DNA of 64,000 bases from IMG/VR virus record IMGVR_UViG_3300010167_000013, one strand, 5' to 3'. This document shows, piece after piece, positions 47,359-56,769 of this stretch. Position 1 is the stretch's first letter, and the number at the start of each line of letters is the position of its first letter. The translations under genes and the position numbers were made by a program. The notes beneath the pieces are model-generated. The model was not told where the DNA came from and did not search any database. It saw only the letters and a list, made by a program, of their open reading frames with translations. Source of the stretch: a virus (Duplodnaviria; Caudoviricetes).

Positions 47359-49650
47359 ATGACCAGAATTGAGATCGACAATAAAAATTCCATCAATGGA
47401 TCTAAGTGGAAAGATCCTGGTGCTGATCTTTTTAATAAACTAGTAAGTGCTATTAATAATGAAGAGTTAGTAAAAGAAGCATATCTGATCACACCAAAGG
47501 TGATTGCACCAAACTTCCCAAGGTCTGTACCAACTTATTCTGGTAGTGGGTGTAAGTACCCACACCACCAAGTACGTGATGGAAAATTGCTTGTCAACAA
47601 AGCCGGTCTGGTGGCTGCTTATTCTAGAGCTCGTCAGCAAGGAGTATGCAGAGGAGATGTCAAAAAACATCTAATAAAACACTACAAGGAATTAGGAATG
47701 TATGATGATTCCAAGATAAGTATGGATGAGAGAATGGAACAGAACTTCGATGATATAGATAATTACATCATGGAGAATATCCCAGCATATAGAGAAGCTG
47801 TGGAAGAACTTATGTCTATTGATGATGAAATGGCAGAATCATATGTATATGATGAAATGGCAGAATCATATGTATATGATGAATCGGCACTAAATATTGA
47901 AACACAAATTGTATCTGGAATTAGTGTTCCAGAAGAAATGTATACATCTCTCTGGACAGAAAAAGTCTATCTCATGGAACTCCCAGATATTGAAAAATAT
48001 TTGTCCAATGAGCTAATAGATTTAGAAAATGAGTTACTGTTCAAGGAATCCTACGGCGATGAATTCTACATATATAGATATAGAGGGTTTCATGAACCCC
48101 CGGAATTAGAACAAAAATTAGAAAGCTTGTATGGCATTTTATGCGAAAAGGGTGGATTGAAGTATACCTACCGAACTGGTTTTGATGTGTCTACTGGTAC
48201 TCAGATAGCCGTGGAATTCTATCTCGATCCATCTAGAATAATCGGTGTAGGAGATAGGTCACTAACTGGGAAAACTAAAAATACAGATCCTAATAATGAC
48301 CAAGGTAATATGATTAAATCTATACATGATAAAGCACTGGAACCAACCCCACGTTCTATTAGAATACATGGTCATTTGGATCACATCACTAGCGGTCTCA
48401 AAGTACATTCAATATTTGATATTAATCACAGGCCATATCAATCTGTAACTATGATACCTGCATTTTCCAATCCAGCTAGAGAAATACTCAAAACTATGAT
48501 ATCTATGGAGTCCATTAACGGAAATGATATTAGAACATCCCAGCAGATACAAGACCTGATCAAATCTGATAAATTTAAATCTGGATTTCTCATGAGAATA
48601 AAACATCACTCTTCTTATTTTGAAGAATATCATATTAGTAGAAATGACAATGATCTCCAAGGAGAAGGAAAGCACAAGTCGACTAAGCTATTTTGGAACT
48701 ACGACAACTTTGCTACATTTGCTCTTACTCCGAGATTCAGAGGTCCAATAACTGTTAATACCAGGAATAAGGATTTTGATAACGATCAACAGAAACTCAT
48801 GGATGAGTATGATATTACAAATAAACCGCGCAAGGGATCTCTCGGAGAAGATATCGAACTAGTAAATGAAATGATGGATGGTTTAGAATCTTTCTTTGAA
48901 GAAGGAAATATCAAAGATAAAAATACTAACTATATTCCAGTCTACGGAATATCAAAAGGACAAAGTCCTGATATGACTAGAAGGGATGGGTCTCTAAAAG
49001 GAGAAGACGAGCTGGATGCAGTTAGATTCAGCAAGGTTATAAAAACTCTCACTAGAGGAGACAACTATTCTCATTCATTGGTATCGTTGGATGATTCGTT
49101 TCAGAAGATGTATTCATATGATGATGAAGGGTTTGTGGTAGATAACATACTAAAGGTAGATAGTTGGATAGGTACTAAGTCGATATATGTGACGGTGATG
49201 TTTGTTTCCCCAGAAGACTATCAGAACATGAAAGACCGGATATCATATCTAATGAAACATCGGAAGGAAACTAAGTATGCCTCGGCAAATTTGCTGAAGA
49301 TGTTCATTGGGAATCCAGGTAAATCGGATAAACGTTTTGTCTGTTCTACTCTAGTTGGGTATTTGATGGGTACAGGAAATGTGAAGAATCTTCATAGAGA
49401 CTATACTCGAATTAGACCTGAGGATATAACTATAATCCCTAGGGCATTCTATGTCATGAACTTCCTAGACAGAGATGATTTCATGGCCAGACATGATGAA
49501 TTCAGATCCAGGGTGAAACACATTTATCAGGAACACAAGGATGAAATTAATGATTACAATAATCATCTTCCAAAGTTAGTTCTCAAAGAGAAGATGAAGA
49601 ACCTCGGAAGACTGGATAAAATTCTCGACTGGGTAATTGATAGAATGTGA
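47359..49650 (+). CDS. Modular putative head protein: KYPHH domain, domain X, permuted papain-like NlpC/P60 domain
   Basis: KYPHH...GLVAAYSRA...HL.KHY; domain X; YSHS...FVCS...PED with His before Cys. Confidence 0.68.
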   Translation: MTRIEIDNKNSINGSKWKDPGADLFNKLVSAINNEELVKEAYLITPKVIAPNFPRSVPTYSGSGCKYPHHQVRDGKLLVNKAGLVAAYSRARQQGVCRGDVKKHLIKHYKELGMYDDSKISMDERMEQNFDDIDNYIMENIPAYREAVEELMSIDDEMAESYVYDEMAESYVYDESALNIETQIVSGISVPEEMYTSLWTEKVYLMELPDIEKYLSNELIDLENELLFKESYGDEFYIYRYRGFHEPPELEQKLESLYGILCEKGGLKYTYRTGFDVSTGTQIAVEFYLDPSRIIGVGDRSLTGKTKNTDPNNDQGNMIKSIHDKALEPTPRSIRIHGHLDHITSGLKVHSIFDINHRPYQSVTMIPAFSNPAREILKTMISMESINGNDIRTSQQIQDLIKSDKFKSGFLMRIKHHSSYFEEYHISRNDNDLQGEGKHKSTKLFWNYDNFATFALTPRFRGPITVNTRNKDFDNDQQKLMDEYDITNKPRKGSLGEDIELVNEMMDGLESFFEEGNIKDKNTNYIPVYGISKGQSPDMTRRDGSLKGEDELDAVRFSKVIKTLTRGDNYSHSLVSLDDSFQKMYSYDDEGFVVDNILKVDSWIGTKSIYVTVMFVSPEDYQNMKDRISYLMKHRKETKYASANLLKMFIGNPGKSDKRFVCSTLVGYLMGTGNVKNLHRDYTRIRPEDITIIPRAFYVMNFLDRDDFMARHDEFRSRVKHIYQEHKDEINDYNNHLPKLVLKEKMKNLGRLDKILDWVIDRM
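47824..47883 (+). repeat. 27-bp tandem duplication (DEMAESYVY x2)
   Basis: GATGAAATGGCAGAATCATATGTATAT repeated exactly, plus a partial third copy. Confidence 0.9.
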
Positions 49651-49662
49651 GGTGAACTGAGT

Positions 49663-52314
49663 ATGAATGATGTGTTTCTCGAATCTATTCTTCGAGAGAT
49701 AGATGAGAGTGAAACTATATTCATCGAGAGCTCTGAGGTGTTAGGTCTCAGATACCAACAATACCGGAAGATCCCAAATATAATAAATGGATTCCTTGAG
49801 AAGATATCAGCATATGTTCAACAGTTAAAAACATCTCCTGAAACTAACATGGAAGGTATTGGAGATGTGATTCAGAACTTCAAGAGTGATATAATTGTTG
49901 ATGATAAAACAGAACCAATAGATCCTACCAAGGTTAGAGGTACTCGTAACTTCCTCAAAAAAATGAAAAACGAAGCAGATACTATACTAACAAAGTTGTC
50001 GAAGCTACGGAACCAAGTTCATTTTGGTGGTAATCTAGTCAGAGGTATTCTACTCAAGCCTAACGTGTACAGTAGGGATATTGATGATGATGCATATGGT
50101 AATATCAGTAACAACATGAGAGCTGTTCATAGATCATTGGATTGGACGGAGAAGGTATTAATAGATCTATTCAATCTCATAGATCAAGATTTGAATATAC
50201 TTACAATAGTCAATAGACAGTACCTCAAGAGAAAGATATATGAGAATGTGGAAGAAGTGCCTCCAATCATAGACAAGGTTGGATTCGATTTCGACTGGAA
50301 TGAAGAAGACATATGGAAGCTCGATATTCCAATAACCTCTATGAGGATTGAAGAATTAACGTGGCATTTTGATATACCATTTTGGGATCGTAACAATGGA
50401 GATTATAATCTCAGACCTATCGATGTAATAAATAACATGGGCAAGTACAAAGATCATGGGAGTAGAATTAAAAACGCTGACACTTCCTATCCATTAGACA
50501 TTTTGAAAAACCCCAAAACAAATAAGTGGACACTACTAGATGGATTACATCGACTGGCGAAATTATACATGGAAGGGAAGAAAGTTGTAAAAGTTAGAAA
50601 AGTAACTATGGCTGATATCAATAGATTGTATATGAAGGAATCTAGAGATGTTGAATCGTTCGATGATGAACTCAGTAGAGTAATATCAGAATCTACCATG
50701 GGTCTGGATGGAAAAGGATTCAATATAGTTGAATTTTTAGACTTAGAACATGAGCATATGTTCTTGGAATTCAATGATCCTCCCTATAGTAATTCGGCAA
50801 CGTATCACGGATTCAGACCTCCTCCAGGCTTGTATGAGCTCAATGAAACATATAAGATGCTCCTTGAAAAAGGAGACTTGAAATATACCTACAGGCTAGG
50901 GTTTGATGTGAGAACTGGTACCAAAGTTGCAGTCGAGTTTGAGTTGGATCCTGAGAAAATAACTGACGTTGGTGATCGAAACATTACCACTCCAGCTGCT
51001 GTCAATCAAAACCCTAGATACTCCCAAGAAAAAGATATGAACAGTGTTGTCGATAAGATACACAGCGATGCGTTAGAACCTACCAGAAGGTCAATCAAAA
51101 GATTTGGCCATCTGGATCATATTACTAGTGGTTTGAAAGTTAGAGCAATATTCGATATCAATGGTAATGGATATCAATCTGTAACATTGCTCCCTGCTTT
51201 CTCTGTTGCAGCAAGAGAAATTATTCGAGAAATAATTCTCAGGGAAAATTCCAAGGGAAACAAACTGAATGGGTCTAGTAGGTTACATCAGTTTTTTCAG
51301 ACGAATGATTTTAAATCTAGTTTTATTCGTCTGAGTGGAAATCCTAGATATTCGGGAAATCTTGAAAGTTATCATATCAGCAAGGATGGTAATGACCTTC
51401 AAGGTGACGGAAAACATAAAACTACCAAACTCTTCTGGAACTATGATAACTTCAGCACCTTCATGTATACTCCTAAATTCCGTGGCACAATAACAGCTAA
51501 TACTAGAAACAAAGATCATGATAATAGTGATAGTAGAATAAAACTCATGGATGATTACAATATCATGAACAAACCAAGAAAAGGATCTCTAGGTGAAAGT
51601 ATGGAAGATGATTTTAATTCGGATGATGATTTAGACTGGATAGAATCATATCTGATGGAAGAAGGAGAAGATCCTCCCGAGTTGGATGTACCAACTGAAG
51701 AAGCTCCAGTTGAAGAGGAGCAGAATGAATTGACATCATCTGATGAAGAGGAAAATATCGAGGATGAGCCAATTGAAGAACCTGTGACACAAGAACCAAT
51801 TTCTGAACCTCCAGAGATAGAACCAAAATCTCTTCCGAAACAAACAGATGCAGCTGAGTCAGATAAGAATGGTGTTCGTAGGAAGAAGTTGTATATTGCA
51901 TTCATCGAATGGTGCAAAGAATATAATCCAAAGAATACATTTGGTAGTGTATTCGACAAGGATATATTTCACAATACATATCCATTTGTGCCAAATGAGA
52001 TGAGGTATTTTTACAGATTAGCTAATCCGATGTTGTGTGTTCTTGGTGGAGAACTAACATTCTTTGCTGTAGCGGAACTGAGAAAGGTAAATGCGAATAC
52101 GAAGTTGGATGAAATGATGGTATTTGCTGCCACTCAGGAAGATCTACGAGTATTCAGCAAGAAAGACAAAAAGATCTACAGAGCAGTTGAGGAGAATGGA
52201 ATTCTGAAACTCAACCTTCTACTAGGAGATACATTCGATCAGTACATTCAGAAGATGATAGATCAAGGTGAAATTCTAAATGGACCAATTGAAAGTGATG
52301 ATGGAGGGGTTTAA
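49663..52314 (+). CDS. Modular putative head protein: helical domain, ParB/Srx-like domain, domain X, C-terminal domain
   Basis: ADTSYPL...LLDGLHRLAK ParB-like motif; domain X; acidic linkers. Confidence 0.68.
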   Translation: MNDVFLESILREIDESETIFIESSEVLGLRYQQYRKIPNIINGFLEKISAYVQQLKTSPETNMEGIGDVIQNFKSDIIVDDKTEPIDPTKVRGTRNFLKKMKNEADTILTKLSKLRNQVHFGGNLVRGILLKPNVYSRDIDDDAYGNISNNMRAVHRSLDWTEKVLIDLFNLIDQDLNILTIVNRQYLKRKIYENVEEVPPIIDKVGFDFDWNEEDIWKLDIPITSMRIEELTWHFDIPFWDRNNGDYNLRPIDVINNMGKYKDHGSRIKNADTSYPLDILKNPKTNKWTLLDGLHRLAKLYMEGKKVVKVRKVTMADINRLYMKESRDVESFDDELSRVISESTMGLDGKGFNIVEFLDLEHEHMFLEFNDPPYSNSATYHGFRPPPGLYELNETYKMLLEKGDLKYTYRLGFDVRTGTKVAVEFELDPEKITDVGDRNITTPAAVNQNPRYSQEKDMNSVVDKIHSDALEPTRRSIKRFGHLDHITSGLKVRAIFDINGNGYQSVTLLPAFSVAAREIIREIILRENSKGNKLNGSSRLHQFFQTNDFKSSFIRLSGNPRYSGNLESYHISKDGNDLQGDGKHKTTKLFWNYDNFSTFMYTPKFRGTITANTRNKDHDNSDSRIKLMDDYNIMNKPRKGSLGESMEDDFNSDDDLDWIESYLMEEGEDPPELDVPTEEAPVEEEQNELTSSDEEENIEDEPIEEPVTQEPISEPPEIEPKSLPKQTDAAESDKNGVRRKKLYIAFIEWCKEYNPKNTFGSVFDKDIFHNTYPFVPNEMRYFYRLANPMLCVLGGELTFFAVAELRKVNANTKLDEMMVFAATQEDLRVFSKKDKKIYRAVEENGILKLNLLLGDTFDQYIQKMIDQGEILNGPIESDDGGV

Positions 52315-52328
52315 ACCCCTCCATCATC
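52297..52328. terminator. Bidirectional palindromic terminator
   Basis: GATGATGGAGGGGTTTAAACCCCTCCATCATC. Confidence 0.72.
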
Positions 52329-52329
52329 T

Positions 52330-53955
52330 TTATTTTAAGTTACCTAGAATGGTATCAGCATTGGCTATCAGTAGTTGTAATTTTTCCCACTCGGTCATTG
52401 TGATTTTAGCAAATGTTTTCTTGACTACACGCCAGTACCAGTCTTGGGTGAAGATTGACCAATTTGAAATTCCATATGGATACTTCCCAAAAGCAAAAAT
52501 ATTTGAAAAGTACACTCCAATCCCACGTTCGTTGTCATCTGTAGTAAGGGTCCTTGGGCATACAAAACTATTGCCAACACTCCAACAGGGACCTTGCAAA
52601 TGTGCCCATGTTACCCGGTCGGTAGATATTTGTACTTCCAAAATATCGGTTGACGGGTTATATGGCGTTTCCCAGTTTAAACGTCTTGTCGTTCGTGTTC
52701 CGGGAATTACTGTTGATAAACGTAATCCAAGACTTCCATTTTCTCTATTTACTGCGGAATTATCAGTATTTGCTGTTGCTGTCCCTGTATATATAGTATC
52801 ATCATTACTCGCATACTCAATATTGACAAGCATCCCACCACTTGTAATAACACTCTTTGACCAATCTTCATAGTCACCTACAAAACCATTGTCAACAGCT
52901 CCTATGAAGAGGTCATTAGCTGTTAGATTACCAGAGTATAGTAAAGCAAATTCGACAGTTGAATTCATTCCTCCTGAAGCAATTGTTGATTGTGCGACGG
53001 AACTTACATAATGCAACGTTAAATAATCCCCTTGATTGAGCCATATTGGTAAAGTTATCGGTGGCAATATGGTAGTAGATGACAGTATTATTGAACCAAT
53101 TGTGTTCAAGGTTAAATCTGCTGTGTCAGAATTTTTTTGAATCCATATTTGTTGAGCACCTGTTGCACCAGCTCTGGCAGCTGTTACACCGATAATATAT
53201 AGTCCAGCAACAGGTGCAACAAATCTCTGGGTGATAGGATTGAACAATCCACTTTCACCATTGACATACGTACATGTCATTTTCTTGTATACATTTGCTA
53301 CCAAATTGGTATTGTTAACATTTGCTTGTACTCTTCTTGTGGATTGTTTCAGTTTCGCATCTATCCAATCGTCAAAACTGGCGGTGTTGGTAGCGGGGTT
53401 GAGTGATTTCCATGTTTCGTAGGCGTCCCAGACGGTTATGTCTATGGATGAGTTAAGGGTGATTGAAAATGGTGACACTGAGCCATTGATAGTAGTAGCT
53501 ACCACACCTGATATTGCCCAAAAAGTTACATTGTCATCTTTATTAAGTTTAACAGTTATACTTGTCGTTGGAAATATGATATCACCTGCTGCAATTAAAT
53601 ATCCACGAAGATTGTTGACATTATAGGTGTCGGGCGAGTTTATTTGAAATCCTACAGCCCTATTACCTAAACCAGAATGAGTACCTCCAATGCCGGCTGT
53701 AAATCCGTAAATCCCACTTTGTGAACAAATCCAATTTCCACCAGAGTCTATTGAACCGATTACCCCATCATTAGGCACGAATTTAACTTTAGTCCAAGTA
53801 TTTAGAGGTAAACTTCTCGATTCCAATGTTCCATTAACCCCAATCACTTGTCCATGTGGTACATATGGTGCATGACTATGACCTTTATCTGATTTAATAT
53901 CATCTATCTTTGTTAGTACCCTCTTCAGATTTGAGGTGTCAATTATCTTGTTCAT
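52330..53955 (-). CDS. Tail fibre / receptor-binding protein with two C1q/TNF-like domains
   Basis: WICSQSGIYGF...KLNKDDNV and FVAPVAGLYII...WLNQGDYL; start MNKIIDTSNL after GGAGGGAG SD. Confidence 0.68.
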   Translation of the reverse strand: MNKIIDTSNLKRVLTKIDDIKSDKGHSHAPYVPHGQVIGVNGTLESRSLPLNTWTKVKFVPNDGVIGSIDSGGNWICSQSGIYGFTAGIGGTHSGLGNRAVGFQINSPDTYNVNNLRGYLIAAGDIIFPTTSITVKLNKDDNVTFWAISGVVATTINGSVSPFSITLNSSIDITVWDAYETWKSLNPATNTASFDDWIDAKLKQSTRRVQANVNNTNLVANVYKKMTCTYVNGESGLFNPITQRFVAPVAGLYIIGVTAARAGATGAQQIWIQKNSDTADLTLNTIGSIILSSTTILPPITLPIWLNQGDYLTLHYVSSVAQSTIASGGMNSTVEFALLYSGNLTANDLFIGAVDNGFVGDYEDWSKSVITSGGMLVNIEYASNDDTIYTGTATANTDNSAVNRENGSLGLRLSTVIPGTRTTRRLNWETPYNPSTDILEVQISTDRVTWAHLQGPCWSVGNSFVCPRTLTTDDNERGIGVYFSNIFAFGKYPYGISNWSIFTQDWYWRVVKKTFAKITMTEWEKLQLLIANADTILGNLK

Positions 53956-54017
53956 GTCAGCAACTCCCTCCATATAATTTAATACACAGTCGGAACTTCC
54001 GTATGATCCCCTTTTCC

Positions 54018-54033
54018 AATTATATATTATAAA
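54018..54033 (+). promoter_or_regulatory. Putative early phage promoter AATTATATATTATAAA
   Basis: Recurring motif upstream of the small ORFs at 54060 and 54139. Confidence 0.58.
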
Positions 54034-54059
54034 TATATAAATAGAAAGGAGTTTGTACA

Positions 54060-54137
54060 ATGAACGACTCTAGAGACTTGTATGACACGATTGCTGTACC
54101 AGAAGAAGAACCAGAGGAAGAAGAGGAGGAAAAGTAG
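54060..54137 (+). CDS. 25-aa acidic microprotein
   Basis: AAAGGAG SD; MNDSRDLYDTIAVPEEEPEEEEEEK*. Confidence 0.45.
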   Translation: MNDSRDLYDTIAVPEEEPEEEEEEK

Positions 54138-54138
54138 T

Positions 54139-54294
54139 GTGGGAATATTCGAGTTAACCCCTAGAGATATAGCAACAGTTGTATTCTATGTATCGATATT
54201 CTTCGTACTGATATCAGTTGGAGCTCTCATCACGGAGAAAGTCATAACCTACAGAAGTAAGAAACGTCATGAGAAACTGGACAAAGAAGAGTGA
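54139..54294 (+). CDS. Small single-pass membrane protein
   Basis: GAGGAGG SD, GTG start, one TM helix, basic tail; followed by a hairpin at about 54298-54333. Confidence 0.55.
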   Translation: MGIFELTPRDIATVVFYVSIFFVLISVGALITEKVITYRSKKRHEKLDKEE

Positions 54295-54346
54295 AAGAAT
54301 GCCAGTAGGAGGTATAATCCTCCTACTGGCATTGGTAATTATTTTT

Positions 54347-56590
54347 TTATCTGGTAGTAACTCCAGACGATGCTATCCATCCAGGAGGATTACTTCCATA
54401 TCCATAATTAGGATCATTTGCATACGAGGAGTTGTAGATGAATTGTACTCCTGTTGCCATATTCACATACAGCACCTTGTCAGTAATATCTAACTCTTCG
54501 ACACTACCTGTCTCTGGACTAATGGATTCAACTGTGAAACGCTGAGTAGCTTCTGGGTCACGTTGGGCCTTGTGAATATATAACTCCGATATAGCATTTG
54601 GATTATCAATGGTAACTGAATCCCCAGAACCAAACTTACCATCGAACATGGAATCCAGCATGAACTTGTAGTAGTTGTTGAAGTTATTTGTATCTGGGTT
54701 TGAGAATAGTAATGCTTTGATGTCACATGGTCTCTCAACTCCAGCAATAGGTCCTTGATCAATCCATTTACCAGTAAATACCTGCATCCCATCCTTGAGT
54801 ATCCAACTTGGGTTCTGAGTATTTATTACGTATCTGAATAGATGAACCTGAACTCCTGCAGTAGCATTACCCCCATGCTCATACAGTTTCCCAACAGGAC
54901 CACCTCTTCCTGAATTTATTCCAGAGTATGCAGGTCCTGCCGCAGTAGATCTAACAACAACTGTTCCTTCAAAAGTATCGGGAGGGTTGACATCAGACCA
55001 TGGAGTTGTATTGTCGGATCTAACAGTTGGCACCACATCGACATATGCGTACAGGTTATTTTTCAACTGACTTGCGTGTGTAGAAATAGTAACCTTGCAA
55101 CTTACAGCGAGCTTAGCTCCTTTCCCAGGTCCACTCATATTTGAGAATGGAATTCCAACTCCATTGGTTGAAGGATTCTGTTCTAGTATCCTTTCTGGCT
55201 GATGATCAACATATGCACCTTTCTGAATCTGTCCGTTTGGACCAACCAGTGATACCCTGTACAAAATAACTTCATCTGTAAACGTCCACCTCAGTACATC
55301 GCCAACTTGATAATCTTCGCCAGAATCTACAATAGCAATTACAATATCCTTGGAGTAATATTTCAGACTGATCCTGTTGTATCTCCACTGATATAGTTTA
55401 TCGATAATGGATGGATCAGTGGTTTGTGATAGATGAGAGTAAGGTACTGGTTCTCTATCAGAGAGTAATACATCCATGCTGGATGGATGAAGAGATTGAG
55501 CTAAATATGAATCATTGTAGGTATATCGATCAAACCAGTTTGGGTTCCACACTCCATCGAAGCTGTAATAATTATATGGCCGACGTGCTCCTGGAGTAGC
55601 TCCATGGGTCAATGGAGTCTTCATCTGATTAACTAGATCAACTCTTTCTAGTTCCTCCAATGACCTAAATACTCCTGGGAGGTAGCTATTCGGGTGATTT
55701 ACTCCACTGAAGTTTTTATTCGCATTGTATGAGTTAATCGAATCTCCTTGTCGATCTCCATTTGGATCTGGCTGAGTATTGTAATTAGATCCATCTGCTT
55801 CACCGTATTCAGCTTCACCATTCAATCCAACCCTACGATTATCGATATAGCTCCCGTAACTATCCTTGGATATCTCCGGATACACAAACGTTCTATCATC
55901 TATGTTATCCAAAATAAAACGATTCGAATTAGTGAAGCTATTGTCTGTATGACGATAATCAGGATCTGTTACAAAGTCTAGATCGTTCTTCAAGTCCGTT
56001 ATTCTGGTGGGGATATCACCAATTCTAGCCAATGTTCTCAGAGGAAGTTTTTCTGTTCTGGTTTCATTGTTCACGTAGTTGACATCATCATTGGACATCA
56101 GGTAGGCTCTACCATCAAATGGGTCGAACAAAATAGAAGCCATTCTATTTGATGTACTTCTATCCATTTCGTTTCCATCATTCAGTCCATATCCCAACTT
56201 ACCTGGAATACTAGCCATTGCCCCAATCTGGGTACGATTGACAATCTCCTTCAGTGATTCAGCACTAATAGCATGATCCCATTTTTCGATATTATGTTCT
56301 AAGCCAAACTCTCCACTATCGTTGTGAATACCGGCAAATCCAGCATGGGCTCCATTGTCAGGAAATGTTCTAATCTCCATACGTTGATACTGAACCTCAT
56401 TGTGAAGATCTCCAGTGTACCGATGGAGGGTATCATTGCTGTAGTAGTCGGCTTCTTTATTCGGTTTCAACTGCCAGTGAAGGCGAGATTGTCGCATGAA
56501 TTGTCTCAAGCCATCCACACTAAGATACCTCAGGATTTCCTCCGGTGTTGTTTTCAACTCTTCTCCACTAGGTAGTATTGTTTTTCCCAT
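54347..56590 (-). CDS. Putative virion (baseplate/tail) structural protein
   Basis: 747 aa; IVDSGEDYQVGD repeat-like motif; late promoter motif upstream. Confidence 0.6.
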   Translation of the reverse strand: MGKTILPSGEELKTTPEEILRYLSVDGLRQFMRQSRLHWQLKPNKEADYYSNDTLHRYTGDLHNEVQYQRMEIRTFPDNGAHAGFAGIHNDSGEFGLEHNIEKWDHAISAESLKEIVNRTQIGAMASIPGKLGYGLNDGNEMDRSTSNRMASILFDPFDGRAYLMSNDDVNYVNNETRTEKLPLRTLARIGDIPTRITDLKNDLDFVTDPDYRHTDNSFTNSNRFILDNIDDRTFVYPEISKDSYGSYIDNRRVGLNGEAEYGEADGSNYNTQPDPNGDRQGDSINSYNANKNFSGVNHPNSYLPGVFRSLEELERVDLVNQMKTPLTHGATPGARRPYNYYSFDGVWNPNWFDRYTYNDSYLAQSLHPSSMDVLLSDREPVPYSHLSQTTDPSIIDKLYQWRYNRISLKYYSKDIVIAIVDSGEDYQVGDVLRWTFTDEVILYRVSLVGPNGQIQKGAYVDHQPERILEQNPSTNGVGIPFSNMSGPGKGAKLAVSCKVTISTHASQLKNNLYAYVDVVPTVRSDNTTPWSDVNPPDTFEGTVVVRSTAAGPAYSGINSGRGGPVGKLYEHGGNATAGVQVHLFRYVINTQNPSWILKDGMQVFTGKWIDQGPIAGVERPCDIKALLFSNPDTNNFNNYYKFMLDSMFDGKFGSGDSVTIDNPNAISELYIHKAQRDPEATQRFTVESISPETGSVEELDITDKVLYVNMATGVQFIYNSSYANDPNYGYGSNPPGWIASSGVTTR

Positions 56591-56629
56591 CTATATCACT
56601 CTCCTATTTCCATCGGTGAAATCATATTA

Positions 56630-56641
56630 TAAAGGAGTGTT
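56630..56641 (-). promoter_or_regulatory. Putative late promoter AACA-N6-TA
   Basis: Minus strand AACA CTCCTT TA upstream of 56590. Confidence 0.5.
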
Positions 56642-56718
56642 CGAGTGGGAGGATAATTATCCTCCCACTATAATTCTTTTTTGTACTAACCTAAAGTAAT
56701 AATTTACATAATTTGTAC

Positions 56719-56735
56719 GATTATATATTATAATG
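56719..56735 (+). promoter_or_regulatory. Putative early phage promoter GATTATATATTATAATG
   Basis: Recurring motif heading the nucleotide-metabolism operon. Confidence 0.6.
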
Positions 56736-56769
56736 TGTCGGAAAAAATAAAAGTTTAGGTGGTGTTTCC

